A stretch of DNA of 64,000 nucleotides from a virus, in the IMG/VR virus record IMGVR_UViG_3300034073_005046, positions 5,860 to 69,859 of that record; one strand, 5' to 3'. The notes below the pieces were generated by a model. That model was not told the DNA's origin. It worked only from the letters and a program-made list of their open reading frames with translations, and did no database searches. This document shows, one piece after another, positions 9,741-17,898 of this stretch. Position numbers and translations under genes: made by a program. The stretch's first letter is position 1, and every line of letters begins with the position of its first letter.

Positions 9741-11684
9741 TTAGCCTTGGCAGGCTAAGCATTCGCCGTACGGATTATCTTCGGTTTCGCCGAGCATAGC
9801 GGCGACGCCCTCATAACCTCCCTCGATGTGGCTGCCATTGATCCAGACCTGGGGTACCGTCTGATACGGCCAGTCAGAATCTGCAATAGCCGAGCGATCC
9901 ATCTCCTGGATCACATATCCCTTAGCACTTAACAATTCCTTAACCTTTACGCACCAGGGACAATCGGATTTAGTGACCACCATCGCGATGTTCTGCGAGG
10001 TCTCGGCTTTTTTCCTGCTTTTCTTTACCTGCAGCGAGGTAGACTTCAGATAGTATAGCGACTTCAGGCCCATTTTCCAAGCCGAGAGATGTAGGCGCAT
10101 CAGGTACGAGGCGTCAGCCTCGGGGTCGACGAAGAGGTTGACGGATTGTCCTTGACAGATATACGATTGACGATCCGCTGCCTGCTTGACAATCTCGAAC
10201 TGATCGATCTCCCTCGCCGTCTTGAAGATCTCTTTCGCCCGAGGGCTTAAGAAGTCGAGATGTTGGACACTACCCCGTTCTTCCAGGATGCTGTCCCAGA
10301 CCTCCTGATTATTCTTACCTATCGCCTCGAGATGGCTCTCTAGGTAGGGGTTCCGACGGACGAAGGTTCCTTTGGCGTTTCCGGCAACGAAGAGGTTGGC
10401 GGTTAGCGGCTCGATGCCTTCCGACACCGCACCACAAATCACAGAGTTCGTCTTGGTCGGGGCGATGGCCAGGCGGGTAGCATGGCGTACACCGTGTCCC
10501 TCACACCACTCCGGCTCACCATATTCCACTGCCATATCCTGCGACGCCTTGAGCGACATCTCATCGATGTACCTGTGGACTTCGATATTTAACTCTCTCG
10601 CGGATTTTGAGGCGAAGGGAAGGCCTCGGGATTGGTAGAGGGCATGGAGACCCATGGTTCCTAGACCAAGGGCTCGGGCCTTTTTAGTGAATCGAACAGC
10701 CCGTCCCATGGACGGTAGCCTGGAAGCTTTGTGAATGAACTCCTCAGCCACTGCATCGAGTAGGTAAACCCCTAGCTCAGGGACAGTCTTGCCGGTATTT
10801 TGTCCCCTCCAGCTCTTCCACTCGTCGTATTTTGCTAGGTTAACCGAGCTAAGGAGGCAGCTAAAAGTGTGATTTTCATCGGAAGGTAAGAAGATTTCGC
10901 TGCAAAGTTGACTCTGAATAATCTCCAGAGCCCTATCAACAAAGCACTTAGGCCTGTGGTTGTTGGCATTGTCGATAAAGGTAAGGTAAGGTGATCCTGA
11001 GATCATTCTGGCTTTCAATACCTCCGCAAAGATCTTCTGTTTCTCCGTGTCACCGGCCAGCATCTCCTCGATCCACTCGTCTCGGATAGTGACAGCGAGG
11101 TTTGAGTCGATGAAATTCCTCGGATCTCCTTGACTATGATCTTTGCTACGCAAAGCGTCCATCAGATCTGGGTGATCGATGGGGAGGTAGAGGGCGAAGG
11201 ATCCGCGCCGGGTATTGCCTTGCGACACAGTGGCTGCGGTGCGGTCGTAAAGGCGCATCCAGTCCACGATGGATCCGGACTTACCGCCACCGCTAATAGG
11301 AGACCCGCCAGGACGTAATTCGCCAAAATAACTTCCTACGCCACCACCATACTTACTAAGAGATGCAACTTCTTTGAGGTGGCTGTAGATACTGGAGGTA
11401 CTGTCGGAGATTGTATGCCCGAAACAACTCACGGGCAATGCCCTATTGGTCCCAAAATTGCTCAGGACTGGTGTTGCTCCGCCCATGTAGCCGAGCCAAA
11501 ACATCTCCATGATGTCTTCACCGATGCCAGGCTTCTTGAGGTGCTTTTCCGCTGTCAACGCGCAGCGTTTCCACATGTCCCGTGGAGTCTCACCCGGCAG
11601 CAGATAACCTTTCGACAAGGTCTGCTGAGCTTCTTCGCTTAGCCAGTTAGGGTGGGTGGGGAGTTTGTCGATGTCGAAGGACAT
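9741..11684 (-). CDS. nrdA: Class I ribonucleotide reductase alpha subunit with fused glutaredoxin domain
   Basis: TPVLSN, VSCF, GGGVG, RRGS, LCSEI, CLLSS, IAPT, QGQSVN, LKSLYY, then CPWC...TVPQVWI...GG, and terminal CLACQG. No ATP-cone. Confidence 0.95.
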   Translation of the reverse strand: MSFDIDKLPTHPNWLSEEAQQTLSKGYLLPGETPRDMWKRCALTAEKHLKKPGIGEDIMEMFWLGYMGGATPVLSNFGTNRALPVSCFGHTISDSTSSIYSHLKEVASLSKYGGGVGSYFGELRPGGSPISGGGKSGSIVDWMRLYDRTAATVSQGNTRRGSFALYLPIDHPDLMDALRSKDHSQGDPRNFIDSNLAVTIRDEWIEEMLAGDTEKQKIFAEVLKARMISGSPYLTFIDNANNHRPKCFVDRALEIIQSQLCSEIFLPSDENHTFSCLLSSVNLAKYDEWKSWRGQNTGKTVPELGVYLLDAVAEEFIHKASRLPSMGRAVRFTKKARALGLGTMGLHALYQSRGLPFASKSARELNIEVHRYIDEMSLKASQDMAVEYGEPEWCEGHGVRHATRLAIAPTKTNSVICGAVSEGIEPLTANLFVAGNAKGTFVRRNPYLESHLEAIGKNNQEVWDSILEERGSVQHLDFLSPRAKEIFKTAREIDQFEIVKQAADRQSYICQGQSVNLFVDPEADASYLMRLHLSAWKMGLKSLYYLKSTSLQVKKSRKKAETSQNIAMVVTKSDCPWCVKVKELLSAKGYVIQEMDRSAIADSDWPYQTVPQVWINGSHIEGGYEGVAAMLGETEDNPYGECLACQG

Positions 11685-11812
11685 TGGTGCAGGGTAATAA
11701 GAACAATTTCAGACGCAAAATCTCCTATCAGCAGGCCGTCTGTAACCCACCAGGAGGAATAATTGATAAAGGGGAAGAGTAAGGGTTTACCCGTACCTCG
11801 GCCTGATCCTTC

Positions 11813-12292
11813 TCACTTCCACTTCGCCCCAGAATCCATCAGACCGTCGTCCCATGCGTCCTCGACATTCCGGCTCCTGTCACACCAGTATAGGTTGCTG
11901 AGGCGGTTGTCCGGCTTACCATCTGGTCCTGTTGGCTTTTTGTGACAAACGACGATGTGATCGCCGGCCGGTTTTTCAGGACCGAAGACAGACATCACCA
12001 TCTGATGCAGGAACGGTTCTTCGCGATACGGAACACCGTTACGCTCCCATGTCAGGTTTACGCGATACTTGCCTCGATCGTCGGAACGGGGCTTCCGGTA
12101 CTTCACACCTCCATTCTGCTGGACACGCCGGACACGCCCCATATCACTAATCTGATACGGTGAGTCTTTCCAAGCCTTCCACTGTTCGCGTTTAGCATCG
12201 GCCGGGTCGATGTCGGGGATCTCCTCGAAAGATTCGGAGTCATCAGATTCACCGATCTGCCATCCCTCCGGAACATTGATATTGATGTCCAT
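11813..12292 (-). CDS. NUMOD4/HNH homing-endonuclease-like protein
   Basis: WK...YQISDMGRVR (NUMOD4), LHQMVMSVF, VCH...DNRLSNLYW...SRN. Confidence 0.75.
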   Translation of the reverse strand: MDININVPEGWQIGESDDSESFEEIPDIDPADAKREQWKAWKDSPYQISDMGRVRRVQQNGGVKYRKPRSDDRGKYRVNLTWERNGVPYREEPFLHQMVMSVFGPEKPAGDHIVVCHKKPTGPDGKPDNRLSNLYWCDRSRNVEDAWDDGLMDSGAKWK

Positions 12293-12296
12293 TGAT

Positions 12297-12464
12297 CTAA
12301 ATGTCCCAGGAATCGATGGGGATCATACGCTCTCGATTGACTCTACGCTTATGGGCTAGCTCCAGTAAGCGATCAGCTTTGCCAACTTCGGTAATCAGGC
12401 ACGCTGTACCATGCGCTTCGCGCATATACCCTGTATCCTTATCAACGTTCTTGTTAGGTTTCAT
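12297..12464 (-). CDS. Hypothetical protein (55 aa)
   Basis: In-frame ATG at 12464 (MKPNKNVDK...) overlaps the end of the upstream small ORF. Confidence 0.55.
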   Translation of the reverse strand: MKPNKNVDKDTGYMREAHGTACLITEVGKADRLLELAHKRRVNRERMIPIDSWDI

Positions 12465-12615
12465 GTTGGTGTTTCTTTTCGTAAGCCAATTTAGCAAATT
12501 GATACGTCGACCAGGCTATTTCTGGGTCAGTGAAAGTCCGGATCCCCTTCTCCCCATGCACTATCCATGGGCCGTTAGGCTCTTGGCGATAGGGCTTGGG
12601 GAAGGGGTAAGGCAT
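12454..12615 (-). CDS. Small hypothetical protein (53 aa, not in the ORF track)
   Basis: ATG 2 bp after the nrdB stop, reading MPYPFPKPYRQEPNGPWIVHGEKGIRTFTDPEIAWSTYQFAKLAYEKKHQHET. Fills the gap exactly. Confidence 0.6.
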   Translation of the reverse strand: MPYPFPKPYRQEPNGPWIVHGEKGIRTFTDPEIAWSTYQFAKLAYEKKHQHET

Positions 12616-12617
12616 GG

Positions 12618-13622
12618 CTACACGAGTTCGAGATCCAGTGCGCTGAGATCGACTGACATGAAATCTTGGGCTGGTTTTGCCACATAGCCTTTACCATCTT
12701 TACTCATAGCGAAGAAGTCGGTGTTTGTTTGACCTTTGACCATGGGATCGAACCAGGAGGAAATAGATGCTGATGCGGAGATCTCCTCAGCGGACATTGG
12801 ATAGCAGAGTTGAGGTAGTCCGAGGTTCTTCAGGCGATTATTTGCTCTAGACTTGATGTAGGCTTTGAGGTCAGACAGAGAGATAGGAATAGCACTATTA
12901 TCAATTGTGCTGAAGATATTCCCCAAAAAGCTATACTCATTCTCAATTACAGTATCAAAGCCAGCTTTGATTTCTGCAATTTCATCTTCAGTAACACCTT
13001 GCTCTTTTACTAACTCTCTAAATAATGCGCTGCCACCTTCACTATGAATTTGCTCATCGGACACACTCCATGATATGATTTGCGCCAAACCTTTCATCCG
13101 ACCGGTTTTGTTAAAGGCCAGAAGGATAGCGAAAGACGCAAAAAGTGACACGCCTTCTCCCCCGCCAGAAAACACAGCGAGAGACACCTTCTCAGAGCTA
13201 CAAGATGTGAAGAATCTCTCTACCTTTCTCTGCGCAGTAGGGTCGGAGAGAAACGCTTCGAACTCGTTAATGCCCAGAGTATCGGAGAGATGGTTGTATG
13301 CCTGAGCGTGAATCTGCTCGAAGAAGCTAAATGCCCTCGCCATACTTAAGATCTCCGGCTTCCTGAACAACTTACACACCGTATCTCCCCAATACTCGGA
13401 GATCCCCATTTCAGCAACCGTAAACCCTCGCAAAACGCCAGCGATCAAATCTCTCTCACTCTGCGAGAGGTTGTGGTGCCAGTCATTGACATCGGAAGCC
13501 ATCGCCACTTCTTCGGGTCGCCACACAGACGCCACGGCACTCTGGTAGTATTCAAAGAACTCGGGATACTCATAACCCGACTTCGTCTTGTACAGCATTG
13601 GGGTGTGAGAGAGGATGGACAT
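12618..13622 (-). CDS. nrdB: Class I ribonucleotide reductase beta subunit
   Basis: W.PEEV...D, FTVAE, EQIHAQAY (radical Tyr position), EGVSLFASF, DEQIH and TDFF. Confidence 0.95.
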   Translation of the reverse strand: MSILSHTPMLYKTKSGYEYPEFFEYYQSAVASVWRPEEVAMASDVNDWHHNLSQSERDLIAGVLRGFTVAEMGISEYWGDTVCKLFRKPEILSMARAFSFFEQIHAQAYNHLSDTLGINEFEAFLSDPTAQRKVERFFTSCSSEKVSLAVFSGGGEGVSLFASFAILLAFNKTGRMKGLAQIISWSVSDEQIHSEGGSALFRELVKEQGVTEDEIAEIKAGFDTVIENEYSFLGNIFSTIDNSAIPISLSDLKAYIKSRANNRLKNLGLPQLCYPMSAEEISASASISSWFDPMVKGQTNTDFFAMSKDGKGYVAKPAQDFMSVDLSALDLELV

Positions 13623-13643
13623 GGGACGTATTAGGTATACCTA

Positions 13644-13814
13644 TCAGTATAGCACGGAATCTTTGATTCCGCATTGGTCGTAGGCGCGGTACGACTGGCC
13701 TCGGTACACGAACCAGCGGGTCGCATCGCAGTGGATCTTGTTCCACCACGCCCTATGGGCGTCCTGATGGGCTTCGGTATCATACTTGACACCACGATAC
13801 GTAGCTTTAGACAT
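13644..13814 (-). CDS. DUF4278-like small protein (56 aa)
   Basis: ATG 13814. The MSKATYRGVKYD...FVYRGQSY double YRG motif is typical of cyanobacterial and cyanophage DUF4278 peptides. Confidence 0.75.
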   Translation of the reverse strand: MSKATYRGVKYDTEAHQDAHRAWWNKIHCDATRWFVYRGQSYRAYDQCGIKDSVLY

Positions 13815-14355
13815 TGTTAAGAGCAAGGGTTTCAGGGAAGCGCTCTCGGAGCTGGGCGAGGGCGGAGTCGGGCAGAGAGGCGGCGAGCACACGGTAGGCA
13901 TCGGCGAGGGCGGATGTACGGTCAGACTTCATCGCCGACTTATACTGCTCACCGTCTTTGTAATTGGGCACAACAGTGTAGAATTTCTCCGACTTAATAT
14001 CCTGCACGAGATAATAGTTCCGGCTCGACGCCATACCATTCTCGACAACGACGTGGCCGACTGGGAGATCGAGGGAGCCAGTATCGCCCGGATCCTTCGA
14101 GCCGGCCTCTGGCCGATAATCATCCGTCCCGCCGTAGCTCGACTTTTCGCCGCCACCGGTTTTCGCCACACCTTTGGAGTCCGGGCTCACATTCACGCTG
14201 TGGTACTCATCTTCCTGAGATTTCCCATCGGTGCCGGTATCGTTGGCGGGGATATCATTGGGGCCCGTGCCAAATCTCGCCTCGCCGAAGTCGTAGGACA
14301 CGGACTCCGGGTCGAGAGAGGTCCAGCCATACGGTGCTGTATTGTCTTCAGTCAT
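13807..14355 (-). CDS. Hypothetical protein with acidic disordered N-half
   Basis: 182-aa ORF preceded by a class L variant. Confidence 0.7.
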   Translation of the reverse strand: MTEDNTAPYGWTSLDPESVSYDFGEARFGTGPNDIPANDTGTDGKSQEDEYHSVNVSPDSKGVAKTGGGEKSSYGGTDDYRPEAGSKDPGDTGSLDLPVGHVVVENGMASSRNYYLVQDIKSEKFYTVVPNYKDGEQYKSAMKSDRTSALADAYRVLAASLPDSALAQLRERFPETLALNNV

Positions 14356-14380
14356 CAGATGTTGCTGTTACTTCTACATA

Positions 14381-14390
14381 GCCTTCAACG
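14381..14390 (-). promoter_or_regulatory. Class L variant CGTTGAAGGC(TATG)TAG
   Basis: One mismatch, about 26 bp upstream of ATG 14355, just after a terminator. Confidence 0.65.
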
Positions 14391-14408
14391 GGGTGAGGTT
14401 ATCTTGAT

Positions 14409-14436
14409 AAAAAAAAGCCCGGGAGTTACCCCGGGC
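14409..14436 (-). terminator. Intrinsic terminator
   Basis: GCCCGGG/CCCGGGC stem followed by T8 on the minus strand. Confidence 0.8.
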
Positions 14437-14455
14437 CGCTGACACGCGGAGCGTG

Positions 14456-15418
14456 TCAGAAGTTCAGATCGAGGTCGTCATCACTGACCTCAGCTTGTGC
14501 GCTAAGAATCATCGAACAACGGATCCGGGTCTTACCGTCCTTCTCACTGACCGTCTTCTCCTTGATATGGAGAGTTGCGGGGTTCTCCTCACTGATTTCA
14601 GGCTTGGTGGCCAGAAGCGGGCGAAGAGTGCTGTGAGCCCAGCATTCGGCTGTTTCGCCTTCGGCTGGGTAGTTAGCCAGCATGATACGGTACGACTGAC
14701 CGTACTTAGTTTCACACCCCCGGTAGCTAATCACCTCATAGCTCATGCCCTCTTCGAGGTCACGGAACTCGATGTCGTGGTCGGCACGGTTAGCACCACC
14801 ACCACCGCTACCGCGCGGTGAGGCTTGCTGGACAAGAGTAAGAATCTCAGCCTCCTTGCCCTTCTTGAGCATGGCGTTGAGAGTCTTGGTATCCGTCGGA
14901 TTCTCCCAGTCCACGAAGCGGACGGCGACGGGCAGGATGACCTGACCGCTACCGTCTTCCTCGTCGACCGCGATCATCAGGGCAGGGTCGTTGCCGCGTC
15001 CACTGAAGTTGAACTCAGAGAATTCCGCTTCGAGGGAGACGGGCTGACCGTTGATCTGGACCGTTACGCCTTCTTTCCCCAGAGATACGGGGATGTAACG
15101 GTTGCCCCATTGGATGTAGGCTGAACCGGATTCGGTTCCTTCCACATCGTCTGAACCGGCCTTGAGGATCGGGCCGAAGAGACGTGCGTAGACGCCATCC
15201 TCTGCTTTGATCAGGAAAGTTCCTTCGTCGAGGGGAAGCTCTTCGCCGGTTAGGGCGAGGAAGACTTTATCGAGACTCTTGCGGACCGACTTGGGCAGGC
15301 AAGAATTAGGAAGGCTGGTAAACTGGCTGTTGTAAAGACGTCCAGCCAGGGGGGCGAGGTCGGGGGAGCCGGTCCCTACCTGGATAGTGTTGACGGTAAA
15401 CGTTGTTGCTGATGCCAT
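14456..15418 (-). CDS. Putative single-stranded DNA-binding protein
   Basis: Beta-rich, with acidic aromatic-ended C-terminus SDDDLDLNF, its own promoter and terminator, and a replication-cluster position. The ORF is solid, but the function is inferred. Confidence 0.4.
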   Translation of the reverse strand: MASATTFTVNTIQVGTGSPDLAPLAGRLYNSQFTSLPNSCLPKSVRKSLDKVFLALTGEELPLDEGTFLIKAEDGVYARLFGPILKAGSDDVEGTESGSAYIQWGNRYIPVSLGKEGVTVQINGQPVSLEAEFSEFNFSGRGNDPALMIAVDEEDGSGQVILPVAVRFVDWENPTDTKTLNAMLKKGKEAEILTLVQQASPRGSGGGGANRADHDIEFRDLEEGMSYEVISYRGCETKYGQSYRIMLANYPAEGETAECWAHSTLRPLLATKPEISEENPATLHIKEKTVSEKDGKTRIRCSMILSAQAEVSDDDLDLNF

Positions 15419-15469
15419 TGGGTTGGTACTTACGGTTGGTGGGGCAGCTATCTACGCTTACCCTTTGAT

Positions 15470-15478
15470 ATTGTAGCA
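15470..15478 (-). promoter_or_regulatory. Extended -10 promoter TGCTACAAT
   Basis: Upstream of 15418 and abutted by a 9-bp inverted repeat at 15477-15497. Confidence 0.65.
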
Positions 15479-15503
15479 CGGTGGCTGAGCCACCGTGGGA
15501 GGC

Positions 15504-15794
15504 CTACTCCCGATCTTTAGATTCTCTTAACAAATACGCCTGGGCCTCGATCCGAAGCCTGTAGAGCTGGGTGCTGAAGGGGTTAAGGGGACACAGAGGA
15601 GGAATGTAGAGGACGAGGACGCCCGCTACGCGCCACTCCCTTTCAAAAGGGCACTTGGCGGGTATGGCATCTACCCAACGCTTAGCGAGCGCTGGGGTCC
15701 ACTCCCTCGGCTCGATCCAAGGAACATTGAATTTCGGCAACGAGCTGGTGAAAACTCCCCACCACCGGGGAGGACGTGTCCGAGGTCTAGCCAT
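15504..15794 (-). CDS. Mo-dependent nitrogenase C-terminal domain-like protein
   Basis: IPAKCPFER...IPPLCPLNPF..QL..LR..A signature of this cyanobacterial family. ATG 15794 follows the upstream stop. Confidence 0.8.
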   Translation of the reverse strand: MARPRTRPPRWWGVFTSSLPKFNVPWIEPREWTPALAKRWVDAIPAKCPFEREWRVAGVLVLYIPPLCPLNPFSTQLYRLRIEAQAYLLRESKDRE

Positions 15795-15798
15795 TTCT

Positions 15799-17895
15799 CT
15801 AGTCAGTTTTCTCAAGATACCAACTACGGGCGAACGTATTCCCACTATAGTTTACGTCCTTCGAGCGGTTTACCGACCAGTTGCTGACGTATGTATTTTC
15901 CCACTCTTCACCGTAGGATCGGAACCAAACCCACACGGTCTTATCATCAACCCTAGATATCTTAGAGACTTGTATCTGAGTGGAGATTCCGGACGCAGTA
16001 AGATTTCGGTTAATCACAATATTGATGTTAGAAGCATCAGCGTTTACGATAGTCTCATCGAGAAACTCAATCTCGTAGTATTTCTTGCTTAGGTCGTCTA
16101 GTGTGCCTCCGCCAGGATCGGTTGGATTCTGAGGTGTAACAATAATCTGAGGAGATGAGAGGTCGGAGAGCTCGGTGTTCGTTGTGTCCGCGGTGTCATC
16201 GAACACATGTAGTATATCGTCAGTAAACTGAATCTTGTCGACGTGCGAGATATAGAACCAGACACCTACGGTATTTGTATTGATCTGAGTCTTCTTGAAT
16301 ACAGTGACAGGTGTGTTAATACCGTCCGCTGTAACGTCTTGGCCCACAAACACATTGATATTGCTGGCCCCTGGCTGTACGACCGTATTATCGGTAAACG
16401 TCACACTGTAGTATCTCCGGTCCGTAGTACCGAGATTGGCGTTGGTGGAAGGGTCAGCCTCGTTGTACGGACTTACATATGCATCAGAAAGGTTGTTGGC
16501 TGTGACAATAAGGTTGGTATCTGATACCAGAGAGACGTTCTGGTTGACATCGCTGTCAAAGATATGGAGAACCGAATACTTCGAACTCAATGATCCGAGT
16601 TCTTGATCTGGAGCCAAAGCTCCAGCGATGTTACGGAAATTCCCGTAGCAGATAGGATCGGGCAATGAAGTTTTTGACGATCTGAGTGAAGGTATGCGGA
16701 AGCGGATCTTCGCGCTGTGATCGCGATAGTCACCGACACAATTACCCACCGCCCCTACTTGAGTAGAATCGGGAACCCAAACATTTGCTTTCAATGCGGA
16801 AGTACACACCGGACCCGTCGCACTAATCGCGTTGCGGACACTTACTACCTCGACAGTCACGTACTGGTCATCGTAGTTGCCGCCGCCCCCATCCTCATAC
16901 TGCCATTGGACCCGGTCACCACCATTCTTAGAGATAGCGACACCTGTGGGGCAGTATGGCCAGGGGCTAAAGTATTCGATGCCGGCTGGAACACAGAAGT
17001 AGGTGGTCGTACACTCGGATCCGTCTTCGTTGCAGGATCGGCTAGATTCGCGGTTAAAAAGCTGACGAGAGGGGGCTGGACCAGGCACCGAGCCGTGGTT
17101 AAACACATAGTCGTAGTCTCCACCATCGATATTGTAGACGTAGAAGGTACTTGTTCCAGAGATATTATCATTCGAGTAGCCTGACTTAGCATACGGAGTG
17201 CCGCCAGTGTTCGGGCTAATATCAGAACAATTCGGAATATTAAAGCTAAAAGACTGAGTCCAGGATGCGGAGGTCTGGTGTGTGATCTTGAGGGTGACCA
17301 GTTTATTGGCGTAGTTTCGGAGGTTCAGGGTGATTTGGTTTTGACCAGTCTTACTAATTTGTAACCCTCCGCTAGAGTTTATTCCGGTAGGAGGAACACC
17401 GCAAGAAGGGGGAACAGGCTCTGACCAGGGACCAGGAGGACAAGTATCCGGTCCTTCTTCTCTTTCGGAGGTAATAGGACTCTGAACAAGTGGGAAATAC
17501 TCTACCTCACTAAAAGTTAATGCTATATTAGCGTTCTTGTCTGTACCGTCTTCGTCGTAAAAATAAACTTCACTATCTCCCCTTTTGCCAGCAGGAGTTG
17601 TAGGCTCGTTATTCATGATAAATCCGCCTGGCCGTTTTTGATACGATACAGACCAGATCTTATTACTGTCTGCAGTAGCAAAAAGAGTTACTGAGCGACT
17701 GGCTGACCCCGTATCATTCTCTATGCTCCTACTCCAGTTAAACTCCTTACCCTCTTGATCCAAAGATGCAGATACCAGGGCAAGGCCATCGGCCAGATTC
17801 TGGTCATTCCAGCGGATATTTAGAGTAACCTTTACCTTCTTTATTCCTTTGGCTACTACGATGTCGCCATTACCCTTAAAATAAGCGGCTGTCAT
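15799..17895 (-). CDS. Putative virion/adhesin-like protein
   Basis: Ser/Thr/Asn-rich beta-type sequence, EDGGGGNYDD acidic motif, and two internal C-terminal repeats (YY...F.D.T.V...ASNIN...TV.VWF). Confidence 0.55.
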   Translation of the reverse strand: MTAAYFKGNGDIVVAKGIKKVKVTLNIRWNDQNLADGLALVSASLDQEGKEFNWSRSIENDTGSASRSVTLFATADSNKIWSVSYQKRPGGFIMNNEPTTPAGKRGDSEVYFYDEDGTDKNANIALTFSEVEYFPLVQSPITSEREEGPDTCPPGPWSEPVPPSCGVPPTGINSSGGLQISKTGQNQITLNLRNYANKLVTLKITHQTSASWTQSFSFNIPNCSDISPNTGGTPYAKSGYSNDNISGTSTFYVYNIDGGDYDYVFNHGSVPGPAPSRQLFNRESSRSCNEDGSECTTTYFCVPAGIEYFSPWPYCPTGVAISKNGGDRVQWQYEDGGGGNYDDQYVTVEVVSVRNAISATGPVCTSALKANVWVPDSTQVGAVGNCVGDYRDHSAKIRFRIPSLRSSKTSLPDPICYGNFRNIAGALAPDQELGSLSSKYSVLHIFDSDVNQNVSLVSDTNLIVTANNLSDAYVSPYNEADPSTNANLGTTDRRYYSVTFTDNTVVQPGASNINVFVGQDVTADGINTPVTVFKKTQINTNTVGVWFYISHVDKIQFTDDILHVFDDTADTTNTELSDLSSPQIIVTPQNPTDPGGGTLDDLSKKYYEIEFLDETIVNADASNINIVINRNLTASGISTQIQVSKISRVDDKTVWVWFRSYGEEWENTYVSNWSVNRSKDVNYSGNTFARSWYLEKTD

Positions 17896-17898
17896 GAA

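Noticed and set aside
11783-11792. GGGTAA (SigF-type -10) as a third promoter class
   Set aside because: Only a few scattered instances (about 11790, 15460, 38552) with inconsistent spacing. Kept only as an alternative target for the sigma.
12543-12607. Apparent long stem CCCCTTCTCCCC...GGGGAAGGGG after nrdB as an ncRNA
   Set aside because: It lies wholly within a well-coupled 53-aa ORF (12454-12615) that explains the gap, and there is no promoter or terminator support.
15504-15794. Nitrogen fixation gene
   Set aside because: The domain name is historical, and no nif catalytic genes or motifs are present.
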